40,453 bases of DNA from Acidobacteriota bacterium. GTDB lineage: Bacteria > Acidobacteriota > Thermoanaerobaculia > Multivoradales > Multivoraceae. Positions within the stretch are counted from its first letter, which is position 1, and each line of letters starts with the position of its first letter. The translations under genes were made by a program, and so were the position numbers. The stretch spans positions 10,152-50,604 of the forward strand of contig JAGWAG010000012.1 in assembly GCA_021296535.1 (NCBI GenBank), given 5' to 3'. Below the pieces are notes generated by a model that had not been told where the DNA came from, did no database searches, and saw only the letters and a program-made list of their open reading frames with translations. Positions 10,201 through 17,584 of this stretch are shown here, in pieces.

Positions 10201-10657
10201 ACGCACGCTCGGCGGCTTCGGCTTCGACGCAGTTCCCACAGCCCAGCGCCTGCAGGCTTTCCAGGCCGTCGAGAACACCTACCTCGGCACCTTCCAGACC
10301 CTTGGCGGACTCGGCCTGCTGCTGGGCACGCTGGGGCTGGCGGTCGTCCTGCTGCGGAACCTGCTCGAACGCCGCGGCGAGCTGGCCACCATGCAGGCGA
10401 TCGGATTCTGGCGACGAGCGCTCGCCTGGCTCGTCGTGGCCGAGAACGGCCTGGTCCTGACCGCGGGAGTTGCCGTCGGCGCCGCCTCGGCGCTGGTCGC
10501 GGTGAGCCCGCACCTGCTCGGAGGCCACGCGCTGGTGCCGTGGCTCTCCCTCGCCCTCACCCTGCTTCTGGTCATGGCGGCCGGAACGCTGGCCAGCCTG
10601 GCCGCGGTTCGTCGGGTCACACGCGAGGAACTGCTGCCGGCGCTCCGCGGTTCCTAG
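7205..10657 (+). CDS. Large FtsX/MacB-type ABC permease with two tandem permease units
   Basis: N-terminal TM followed by GDSVRGSL, a large periplasmic domain, FtsX-like RANEMGLLLALG, a second periplasmic domain and a second FtsX-like ERRGELATMQAIGF; adjacent to a LolD-like ATPase. Confidence 0.9.
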   Translation: MSAARPGGPLPSLRHYWRSNVAVVLTAAVAASVLTGALMVGDSVRGSLRDLTLDRLGGIDHALLGAGFFREGLRDELAEDSEFGSRYGLVSAAILMQGSMVDPESGRRAARINVQGIDDAFAAFFRGTEEALDLSRRDGQLFASIAVNRSLASSLAVDEGDSVLLYLERPSEAPRASLMGEKDPADQLESVRLSVVSVLEDVGAGRFQLAPHQSQPLVAYLRLRDLQRELDRRNLANTLLVGERARTGSGPVADPEADPEASAADVERRIRSQAEVADFGLTLEATDDHLLVTTSQIILGAELAREVQAAASEVGAETIEVSTYLANRAAADSGAAAPYSTITALDVARAGEIGVLRLTDGRPAPGLGRGEVLVNSFLAEDLAVGAGDRLAIDYFQLGDREQLIEQTVETTVAGVVEMRDWGVDRTLTPDFPGVADADNMSDWDPTFPVDLSRIRDQDEAYWDEFRATPKLFVGLDYGAGLWSSRFGHLTSLRLLPPTGMTPAELRETLEEGLPDRVALHAAGLAVEPVKARGLRGAAGATDFGGLFVGFSLFLIVSAALLVGLFFRLGTEGRANEMGLLLALGYGVVRVRRRFLVEGALLGGGGVILGLAGAVLYAGAMMAALRTLWRSAVGSSHLYLHVEPLTLVSGGAASVLVVLFAIRGAVGRLAAVSPIRLLRGETSDPPPAARAKGRRARWTASVGGGIAAVLLGASAAAPASIAAYLFFGGGACLLIAGLAGFVLWLRKRPAAPLESWSLRAGSRMAAANASLNPGRSLLCAALVASASFVIVAVGAYGLRFGEETRALDSGAGGFDLVAEADVSILADLTTVDGRYDLGFGEEASTLIGQSQVVAFRTVPGDDISCLNLFQPERPRLLGAPPELIERGGFRFQALAENAGDEPWRLLEEDLGPGVIPAIGDFNSVMWILHSGLGQGIEIETERGDTLELRLVGLLRKSVFQSELVISEANLAKHFPSRTGASYFLLRTPPGEQDRTMQELERTLGGFGFDAVPTAQRLQAFQAVENTYLGTFQTLGGLGLLLGTLGLAVVLLRNLLERRGELATMQAIGFWRRALAWLVVAENGLVLTAGVAVGAASALVAVSPHLLGGHALVPWLSLALTLLLVMAAGTLASLAAVRRVTREELLPALRGS
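7960..7986 (+). repeat. 12-bp in-frame tandem duplication (ADPE-ADPE) in a permease loop
   Basis: ggctgacccgga twice, followed by ggc. Confidence 0.8.
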
Positions 10658-10828
10658 CAGTCTGTGCGACTGACTGCGTAGCCTCGCCGCTTCGCGGCTC
10701 GGCCCGGTGCGGACCAGAAGGTCCGCGCACCCAGAGATACGGCGTTGCTGCTCGCAGACTCTCTACTGTAATTGCGGGTCCATCGCTTTGGACTCGCGGG
10801 CGCCAACGCAGTTCAGTCGCACACACTG
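10658..10828. mobile_element. MITE-like 171-bp element with 22/23-bp terminal inverted repeats
   Basis: Left end cagtctgtgcgactgactgcgt; right end reverse-complemented is cagtgtgtgcgactgaactgcgt (1 mismatch, 1 indel). Fills the gap between two convergent stop codons exactly. No clear TSD and no transposase in the window. Confidence 0.6.
10681..10734 (-). repeat. REP-like palindromic repeat, copy B (inside the MITE-like element)
   Basis: Minus strand ctgggtgc-gcggacc-ttct-ggtccgc-a, then gccgc-gaa-gcggc; same layout as 36168..36211. Confidence 0.65.
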
Positions 10829-13309
10829 TCAGGGCTTCAGGTGGGTCTCGAAGAGCTTGAGAACGCGGCGGTACTCGTCGAGCCAGCTTGACGGTTCGAC
10901 GAAGACGGCCAGTTCCCAGTCCTCCTTGCCGAGTTCGATCAGGCGCTGGACGAGCCGAACGGAATCCTGGAAGAGGACGTTGTCGTCCAGCATGCCGGTG
11001 CAGATCAGGAGCGGCTTCTCCAGGCCCTCGGCGAACTCGATCGGCGAACTGCGCTCGTAGGCCTCGGGGTCGAGTTCCGGTGTGTTCAGGATGTTCGACG
11101 TGTAGCCATGGTTGTAGTGGGCCCAGTCGGTGACCGGGCGTAGCGCAGCGCCGGCAGCAAACAGTTCCGGCCGGCGGAACATGGCCATGAAGGTGACGAA
11201 CCCGCCGTAGGAGCCGCCGTAGACGCCGACCCGCTCGCGGTCGACACCGTGTTCGGCGACGAGGTAGTCGATGCCGTCCGCCAGATCCTCGAGTTCCGGG
11301 GTTCCCATCTGGCGGTAGATCGCGGTGCGCCAGTCGCGCCCGTAGCCGGAGGAGGCACGGTAGTCCATGTCCAGCACGACGTAGCCGCGACGGGTGAGCA
11401 GGGTGTGGAACATGAACTCCCGGAAGTAGGAGGACCAGCCCTGGTGCGCGTTCTGCAGGTAGCCGGCACCGTGCACGAAGACGACGGCGGGACGGGGGCC
11501 TCCGCCCGGTTCCCGGGGCAGGTAGAGCCGAGCGTGAATCGGGCGATCCACATGGCTCGACGGCACTTCGACGAACCGGGGCGCGGCCCAGTCGATCTCC
11601 AGGAACTCCTGCGAAACGGTGTCGGTCAGGCGGACTGCCGCGTTCCCCGGCCCGGTCTCCTGGAGCCACAGTTCAGCGGGCCGCGTAGCAGTCGAATGAA
11701 CGATCAGGAGTTTGCCGTCGTCCGGTGAGAGCCGGAAGGAGTTCAGGCCGCCGAGGCTGGTGATCTGCTCCAACTCCCTGGCGCCGGCTTCGGAAGTTCC
11801 GGTGCGATAGACCTCGAAGACACCGGTGTGGTCCCGGTTCGCCTCGAAGTAGATGTGACTGCCGTCAGCCGATACCTGCGGCGAACGGACGACGAACGGA
11901 CCTTCTGTGACCTGGACGCGCTCGCCCGTCACGGTGTCCATCAGCGTCAGGTGGGAGTAGCCCGTCTCCTCGGACAGGAAGAAGACCGTCTGCCCGTCCG
12001 GCAACCAGCCGAGATCCCGGAAGGCGTAGTTGATCCAAGCCGGATCGGACATCCGGTGCAGGGGACGCAACGCGCCTTCCTCGAAGTCGATCGCCGCGAT
12101 CCACCGGTCCTTGTTGTCGGTGGAGTAGGCCTGGACGACGGCCCGGGTACCGTCCCGGTTGAACGAGACGAGGCCGAAGCGGACGCTGCGGGGCTCCGGT
12201 TCGTCCTGCTTCGCTTCACCCTCGGGAGCTTCCTCGTCCGTGCCATCCTCACCCGGGTCCGCGGCGTCGTCCGCCTGATCTTGCCGCGCGGCGGCCTGGC
12301 GCTGTTGCTTGCGCTCCCGGGCCGCCTCGCGCAGCTCCGCCAGGGGATCATCGGCGATGCCCGGAAGGACCGACGCATCGAGAGCGGTCGGCTCGGTATC
12401 GCCGCGCCGAAGGAGTACAAGTGTTTCGCCGGTCGGTTCGGCCGTGCCGACCTTCATGCGGACCTCTTCGAGTTCGACCAGGCCGGTGCGCGTCACGTAG
12501 TTCGGCATCCTGTCCCTGAGCCCCTCGTCCTGCTGGCCGGGTCGCTGGCGGACGACCAGGTGATCCAGCGCCGGTGACAGCCAGGAACCCGCGGCCTCGA
12601 CGTCCTTGCCGAGGTAGTGGGGCAATGCCAGGCGGCTGGGATCCGCGGCCCGGCGTTCACGGGACACTTCCTCCCGGCGCTCGTCGCGCTCCCGCCGCAG
12701 CCGGACGATCTCGAGCAGGCGCGGCTGCTGGCGCTCCAGATAACCGGCCTCAAGATCCTCGTTGGCGCGGGCGGTTTCGGGAGCCTCCGCCGCGCGGACA
12801 TCGAACGGCTGCCAGATCAGACCGGTGGCCCACTCACGCACGAACCAGGCGCCCTCGCGTTCAAAGGCGACATCTCCCGTGGCGGTAAAGAAGGGGGCTC
12901 CCTCGTAGGCCGCAGTGCGGGTGATCTGGATCAGGCCGCCGTCCGTCTCCAGATCGCGGACGAAGATGTCGCCCGCCTTGACGAAGGCGCGACGTCGCCG
13001 CTCGAGGTCCCAGTTGCCGCCGGGGGCGTCGGCCGCTCCGCGGTCAACGTCCGCCACGGGGCTGGCCTGACGGTCTTCCAGATCGACACGGTAGAGGTCG
13101 CGGGTCTCTTCGCCGGCCCGCTTGCGCAGGAAGTAGATGCTGCGGCTGTCGCTACTCCAGTACGGTCCTTCCGGCTGACGCCCCAGCCAGTCCGGGTCGG
13201 CCATGATCCGCTCGAGGTTCAGGTCCTCCTGAGCCTCGACGGAAAGCGCGAGCAGGAACCCCGCCGCCAGGATCGCGCTGGCGGCCGCCGCAAAGGCTAC
13301 TCGAGGTAT
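10829..13309 (-). CDS. S9 family (DPP IV/prolyl oligopeptidase-like) secreted peptidase, possibly inactivated; start uncertain
   Basis: Beta-propeller N-terminal region, VFVHGAGY, DYRASSGYGRDW, nucleophile GGSYGG, acid GMLDDNV. The expected His motif is absent. The first ATG is 13204, but the frame stays open upstream through a signal-peptide-like stretch to ATA at 13309. Confidence 0.85.
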   Translation of the reverse strand: MPRVAFAAAASAILAAGFLLALSVEAQEDLNLERIMADPDWLGRQPEGPYWSSDSRSIYFLRKRAGEETRDLYRVDLEDRQASPVADVDRGAADAPGGNWDLERRRRAFVKAGDIFVRDLETDGGLIQITRTAAYEGAPFFTATGDVAFEREGAWFVREWATGLIWQPFDVRAAEAPETARANEDLEAGYLERQQPRLLEIVRLRRERDERREEVSRERRAADPSRLALPHYLGKDVEAAGSWLSPALDHLVVRQRPGQQDEGLRDRMPNYVTRTGLVELEEVRMKVGTAEPTGETLVLLRRGDTEPTALDASVLPGIADDPLAELREAARERKQQRQAAARQDQADDAADPGEDGTDEEAPEGEAKQDEPEPRSVRFGLVSFNRDGTRAVVQAYSTDNKDRWIAAIDFEEGALRPLHRMSDPAWINYAFRDLGWLPDGQTVFFLSEETGYSHLTLMDTVTGERVQVTEGPFVVRSPQVSADGSHIYFEANRDHTGVFEVYRTGTSEAGARELEQITSLGGLNSFRLSPDDGKLLIVHSTATRPAELWLQETGPGNAAVRLTDTVSQEFLEIDWAAPRFVEVPSSHVDRPIHARLYLPREPGGGPRPAVVFVHGAGYLQNAHQGWSSYFREFMFHTLLTRRGYVVLDMDYRASSGYGRDWRTAIYRQMGTPELEDLADGIDYLVAEHGVDRERVGVYGGSYGGFVTFMAMFRRPELFAAGAALRPVTDWAHYNHGYTSNILNTPELDPEAYERSSPIEFAEGLEKPLLICTGMLDDNVLFQDSVRLVQRLIELGKEDWELAVFVEPSSWLDEYRRVLKLFETHLKP

Positions 13310-14355
13310 TGCAGCATCTCCCGGGCGGTAGGAGCGTCCGCGTGATCCGGCGCTAGCTGCAAGAACTTCTCGAACTGCACCTTCGCCTTGGCCGGGTCGC
13401 TCCCGGCGTAGCAGATGCCGAGCATGTAGTTCGCCTCGGGATGGTTCGGATCCGCGGCGAGGAGCTTCTCAAGCTCGACCTGCGCTTCCGGAATCTGGCC
13501 CGAGTTGAACAGGTCGGCGGCCTTGTTGAACATGTTCTTGCCGGCCTTGCCCATGTCCGACGCCTGGAGCGCCTTGAGGGCGGTTTCGGCCTTGTCGTCC
13601 ATGCCGAGGGCGTCGTAGCCCGCGTAGAGGATCTGGTGCATGTTCTCGAGGTCTTCGCCTTCCGCCGCGACCTTCTCCGCGTACTCCACCGCTCTGACGT
13701 GGTCGCCCCGGTGGGAGTAGACGCGCGCCAGTCCGCCCATCGCGGAAACCAAGTCGGCCTTCTTCTCGAGGGCATTCACGAACATGAGTTCGGCGGTGTC
13801 GTAGTCGCCGGAGTTCAGGGCGTTGCTACCTTGGTTGTAGAGCTTGATCGCACTGCCGCGCGCCTGCGCTTCGAGGTCGATTTCCGGCGCCGCGCCCAGG
13901 TCGCCGCCCAGGGCTGCCTGAGCCTGCTGGGCGTTCTCGATCGATGTGAGATTCCAGTCGCCGCCTCCCGAGAGCTGGCTGAGCCTCGTCTCCTGGCGAG
14001 CAGGAATCCGCACGTTGCCGACGCGTCGGGTGACGTAGCCTTCCTTCTTCAACTCGACGCTGAAGCCCGAGCGTTCGTGCTTGACCACGTTCTTCAGCAT
14101 GATCCGGAAGCGGCCGTTCTTCCCCGACAGGTGTTCCGCGCGGAAGCTCGGAGCCTCCGGGTCGGTGAAGATGATCTGGACGCCTTCGAGCGTGTCGCCC
14201 GTGTGGGCGTCGAAGATCTGTCCGTACACGGTACCCGGCAGTTGTGCCGCCACCGGTCCGGCCAGGACCAGGGAAAGACCGGCAACGACCGCCGCGAGCA
14301 CGATGGCGCCCCGCGCCGTCGTCTCGATGGTCCACGATTCGCGAATCGACTTCAT
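13297..14355 (-). CDS. Secreted carboxypeptidase-regulatory-like domain plus TPR protein
   Basis: Strong SD AAGGAGG before ATG 14355 (the track's 14694 start is too long). Signal peptide ...AGPVAA|Q, GTVYGQIFDAHTGDTLEGVQI and KKEGY beta-sandwich, C-terminal TPRs (LYNQG, ANYMLG, FEKFLQLAPD). Confidence 0.85.
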   Translation of the reverse strand: MKSIRESWTIETTARGAIVLAAVVAGLSLVLAGPVAAQLPGTVYGQIFDAHTGDTLEGVQIIFTDPEAPSFRAEHLSGKNGRFRIMLKNVVKHERSGFSVELKKEGYVTRRVGNVRIPARQETRLSQLSGGGDWNLTSIENAQQAQAALGGDLGAAPEIDLEAQARGSAIKLYNQGSNALNSGDYDTAELMFVNALEKKADLVSAMGGLARVYSHRGDHVRAVEYAEKVAAEGEDLENMHQILYAGYDALGMDDKAETALKALQASDMGKAGKNMFNKAADLFNSGQIPEAQVELEKLLAADPNHPEANYMLGICYAGSDPAKAKVQFEKFLQLAPDHADAPTAREMLQYLE

Positions 14356-14425
14356 GGTTTCCTCCTTCGCCCGCTCACACTGCTCGACGATCTCCCGAAG
14401 ATCTCCCGCAGCCAGGATCGCCCCG

Positions 14426-14432
14426 TAGAATA
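14426..14432. promoter_or_regulatory. Overlapping putative -10 hexamers: TAGAAT on + (9 nt before the cca GTG) and TATTCT on - (toward the TPR gene)
   Basis: AT-rich patch gtagaataac in the 85-bp divergent intergenic region. Confidence 0.5.
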
Positions 14433-14440
14433 ACAGAGCC

Positions 14441-15898
14441 GTGGTTCGGGATCCTGGCTCAGGCTTCGAGCATAATCCGGCCTGGCCGAGGGTACTGGAG
14501 ATATGCCGGGCCACGGCGGCGGGAGGCGGATCCATGCACCTCGTCGGGGGCTGCGTTCGGGATGCTCTCCTCGGCCGCGAGTTCCACGAGTTCGACCTGG
14601 AGGCGTTCCGGCTCACACCGGAGGCATTGCAACGCATGCTGAGGGGTCTGGGCTTCCAGGTCGACCAGGTGGGACGCGCGTTTTCCGTTGCCAAGCTGCG
14701 CGGCCTCCCGATCGATATCGCCCTGCCGCGGCGAGAGCGGAAGGTGGGGAGGCGTCACCGGGACTTCGTAGTCGACGCGGATCCGAACATGGGAGTGGAG
14801 GAGGCGGCCGAGCGCAGGGACTTCACGGTCAACGCGATCTCGTACGACCCCCTGACCGGACGGGTCGACGACCCCCTGAACGGCCGGGCGGACCTGGAGA
14901 GACGGCGGCTTCGTCACGCGTCGCACCGCTTTGCGGAGGACCCGCTGCGGGTGTTGCGCGGGATGCAGTTCATCGCCCGGCTGGGGCTTGAGTCCGATCC
15001 GGAAACCGAGACTCTCTGCTCCCGCATCGACTGGAGGGACCTGAGCATCGAGCGGGTGTTCGGGGAGTGGCGCAAGATGCTCGTCGACGGCGTCGAGATC
15101 GGACGCGGGCTCCGTTTTCTGCAGGCGGTAGGGTGGTTGCCGGCCTACCCTGAGTTGGAAGCCCTGGTCGCCTGCGAGCAGGATCCGGAATGGCACCCTG
15201 AAGGCGACGTCTGGACCCACACCGGGCACGTCCTCGACGCCTTCGCCCGGGACCGGCTCGATGACGAAAAGGAGGATCTCGTGGTGGGACTTGCCTGCCT
15301 GTGCCACGATCTGGGAAAGCCGGCGACCACCCGGTTCGTCGACGGTCGGGTGCGGTCTCGTGGACACGAGGCCGCGGGCGAGGGGCCGACCCGCACGTTC
15401 CTCGCGCGGCTGACGAACCGCCCTCGACTGGTCGACGACGTGGTGCGCCTGGTCGTCGATCACCTGAAGCCGCGCCAGCTCTACCAGGGCGGTGCGGGCG
15501 ATGCCGCCGTCCGCCGTCTTGCCCACCGGGTCAAGCGGATCGACCGACTCGTCCGGGTGGCCCGGGCGGACGCTCTCGGACGGCCCCCCCTCCAGCCTGA
15601 CGAGTGCCGCGACTGCGACTGGTTGCTGGCGCGCGCGAAGGCGCTGCGGATCCGCGACCAGGCGCCGGAGCCGATGGTCCGTGGTCGGGACCTCATCGAT
15701 CGCGGGATGGCGCCGGGACCGGCGATCGGCGCCATGGTCGATCGCTGCTACCAGGCCCAGTTGAACGGCGACATCGGGTCCAGGGGCGAGGCCCTGCGCT
15801 ACCTCGACCGGATGCTGCGCCGGGAGTCCGCCGGGAAACTGCGGGAGACGCGAAACGACCCGACGGCGCGCCAGGCGAACCCGCCGGTAACCCGATGA
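14441..15898 (+). CDS. cca: Class II tRNA nucleotidyltransferase (CCA-adding type) with HD domain
   Basis: LVGGCVRDALLG, RRDFTVNAI, EDPLRVLR, HPEGDVWTH, LCHDLGK, GRDL...PGP. CCA versus A-adding specificity cannot be fixed from motifs alone. Confidence 0.88.
   Translation: MVRDPGSGFEHNPAWPRVLEICRATAAGGGSMHLVGGCVRDALLGREFHEFDLEAFRLTPEALQRMLRGLGFQVDQVGRAFSVAKLRGLPIDIALPRRERKVGRRHRDFVVDADPNMGVEEAAERRDFTVNAISYDPLTGRVDDPLNGRADLERRRLRHASHRFAEDPLRVLRGMQFIARLGLESDPETETLCSRIDWRDLSIERVFGEWRKMLVDGVEIGRGLRFLQAVGWLPAYPELEALVACEQDPEWHPEGDVWTHTGHVLDAFARDRLDDEKEDLVVGLACLCHDLGKPATTRFVDGRVRSRGHEAAGEGPTRTFLARLTNRPRLVDDVVRLVVDHLKPRQLYQGGAGDAAVRRLAHRVKRIDRLVRVARADALGRPPLQPDECRDCDWLLARAKALRIRDQAPEPMVRGRDLIDRGMAPGPAIGAMVDRCYQAQLNGDIGSRGEALRYLDRMLRRESAGKLRETRNDPTARQANPPVTR
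15834..15859 (+). promoter_or_regulatory. Possible ECF-type autoregulatory promoter (GGAAAC-N16-CGAC) in the 3' tail of cca
   Basis: An AAC-containing -35 and a CGnC -10 with a 16-nt spacer, 35 nt before the sigma ATG; the motif is short and could be chance. Confidence 0.25.
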
Positions 15899-16572
15899 AC
15901 GAAACAAGGACCGGAGGCGGGTCGTCCCTGCAACCAGAGGACGATGACTTGCCAGCACAGAAACCGCGGGGCCAGGAACCGGCCGGTGGAAAAGCCGATG
16001 GCCCCGAAGACGGGGAACTCGTTCGGCGCACCGCGGCCGGCGATCAGCAGGCGTTCGAGAACCTCGTCGTGCGATACGAGGTACCGCTGCGCAAGCTGGT
16101 CTACGGCTACGTGCTGGACTGGGAGACCGCGGAGGACGTGGCCCAGGACGCCTTTCTGCTTGCCTTCCGGAAACTCGACCGTCTCGACGAGCACGCGGCC
16201 TTCAAGAGCTGGCTCTACCGGATCGCGATCAACCGGGCACACGACGAGCTGCGGCGCAAGTCGCGCTGGAGACGGCGGCTGGACAGCAACGTGGGGGACG
16301 AAGCTCTCGCCGAACTGCCGGCGGTGGGCGCCGAATCGGCGGTCGAGGCACGGCTGCTGCGGCGTAGCATCGTTAGGGGTTTGGCAAGGTTGCCGAAGGC
16401 GCAGCGTTCGGCGGTCGTGTTGAAGGATGTGGTGGGGATGAAGTACGTGGAGATCGCGGAGCTCCTGGACTGTCCGATCGGAACCGTGCAGATTAGGGTC
16501 CATCGGGGCCGGCGCAGTTTGCGGCGTTTGATCGGCGAGGCGGGCTCCAAGGCGGGAGGAGGTAGACGATGA
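15895..16572 (+). CDS. ECF RNA polymerase sigma factor
   Basis: Region 2 AEDVAQDAFL and FKSWLYRIAIN; region 4 GMKYVEIAELLDCPIGTVQIRVHRGRRSL; ATGA overlap with cca. Confidence 0.93.
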   Translation: MNETRTGGGSSLQPEDDDLPAQKPRGQEPAGGKADGPEDGELVRRTAAGDQQAFENLVVRYEVPLRKLVYGYVLDWETAEDVAQDAFLLAFRKLDRLDEHAAFKSWLYRIAINRAHDELRRKSRWRRRLDSNVGDEALAELPAVGAESAVEARLLRRSIVRGLARLPKAQRSAVVLKDVVGMKYVEIAELLDCPIGTVQIRVHRGRRSLRRLIGEAGSKAGGGRR

Positions 16573-17021
16573 GGGAGGTTGAGAGGGCAGGACGACCTGT
16601 CGAATCCGGTGCAGACCTGGACTCCTTGTTCGAAGGACTGCGGGAAGAGTGTGCGAGGCCGCCGGCGGCGCCGGGCTTTCTGGCCGGTTTTCGCGCTCGC
16701 CGCGACACCGAGAGCGCTTCCGCAGGAAGCGGCAGAGAAGGGCTCGAGCGGAACGATCAGGCCGCGCCATGGCGGTTGCTGGCCCTGCGCCTGGCGCCGG
16801 CCGGAGCACTGGCAGCCATTGTCGCGATGGCCATGACGCTGGGCATGGGGAATTCTTCAACCGCGCCGGAAGCCGCGGTTGAGGCGCCTGACCTCGTGGA
16901 GTATCCGGATCCCTTCGCGGCCGGGATGGAAGAGGCCGGCGTGGCAAGCGTGGGAATGAGCGACGACGAGGCCGGCTATGAACTCGTGGCCGTGCTCTAC
17001 GACCCGCTGGGGACACGGTGA
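16569..17021 (+). CDS. Putative membrane-bound anti-sigma factor
   Basis: ATGA-coupled to the ECF gene; cytoplasmic N-terminus with PPAAPGFLAGF, one TM helix, acidic C-terminal tail; no HxxxCxxC. Confidence 0.65.
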   Translation: MREVERAGRPVESGADLDSLFEGLREECARPPAAPGFLAGFRARRDTESASAGSGREGLERNDQAAPWRLLALRLAPAGALAAIVAMAMTLGMGNSSTAPEAAVEAPDLVEYPDPFAAGMEEAGVASVGMSDDEAGYELVAVLYDPLGTR

Positions 17022-17584
17022 TGGCGAACGGACCCACGCGACTGTGGATGGGGCTGGCTCTGGGCTCGGTGCTGATCGTAGGACTGAGCGCCGGCCTGCT
17101 GGCGGACCGGCTCCTGGCTGAGCGCCAGGTAGTTGATGTCGAGCAGGCGGCTCCGGAGAAGACCAGAGACGCCCACCCACCGACGTTCCACTTCGATTGT
17201 CCCGACTCGGAAGCGACTCCCGCCGCGACGACCCGGAACGCCGATTCGCAGGAGCATCTGGACGCGGCTCGTTCCGAGGAATTCCGGAAGCACCGATCGA
17301 GGACGACCCGTCGCATGGCGCGGCGTCTGGATCTCGAAGCTGAGCAGGTCGAGGCGCTCGAAGCGATCGTCGAACAGGCGATGTTGAGGGGGCTCCGGTA
17401 CTGGAGCGGCGCGCGCGACGAGTTCTGCTCCATGCAGCGTGAGTTCCACAGGCAGGTGAGCGAGTTGCTCAGCCCCGATCAGGCCGTTCGCTTCGACGAG
17501 ATGCGGCTCGAGTTGACGGAACGGGGCCGGCGCCACCGGGGTCGGAACGACGGCGATCACCGTGAGTCGGGAGAGTGCCACTGA
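17018..17584 (+). CDS. Membrane-anchored periplasmic helical protein (Spy/CpxP/CnrX-like)
   Basis: N-terminal TM, MARRLDLEAEQ and LLSPDQAVRFD (LTxxQ-like repeats), two mid-protein Cys; third gene after ECF and anti-sigma. Confidence 0.6.
   Translation: MMANGPTRLWMGLALGSVLIVGLSAGLLADRLLAERQVVDVEQAAPEKTRDAHPPTFHFDCPDSEATPAATTRNADSQEHLDAARSEEFRKHRSRTTRRMARRLDLEAEQVEALEAIVEQAMLRGLRYWSGARDEFCSMQREFHRQVSELLSPDQAVRFDEMRLELTERGRRHRGRNDGDHRESGECH

Noticed and set aside
15604-15894. N-terminal extensions given by the ORF track for the ECF sigma (also GT4 4812, TPR 14694, halogenase 1929, NRAMP 28069)
   Set aside because: They overlap neighbouring genes or promoter regions; downstream starts with ATGA coupling, an SD or a -10 hexamer fit better.
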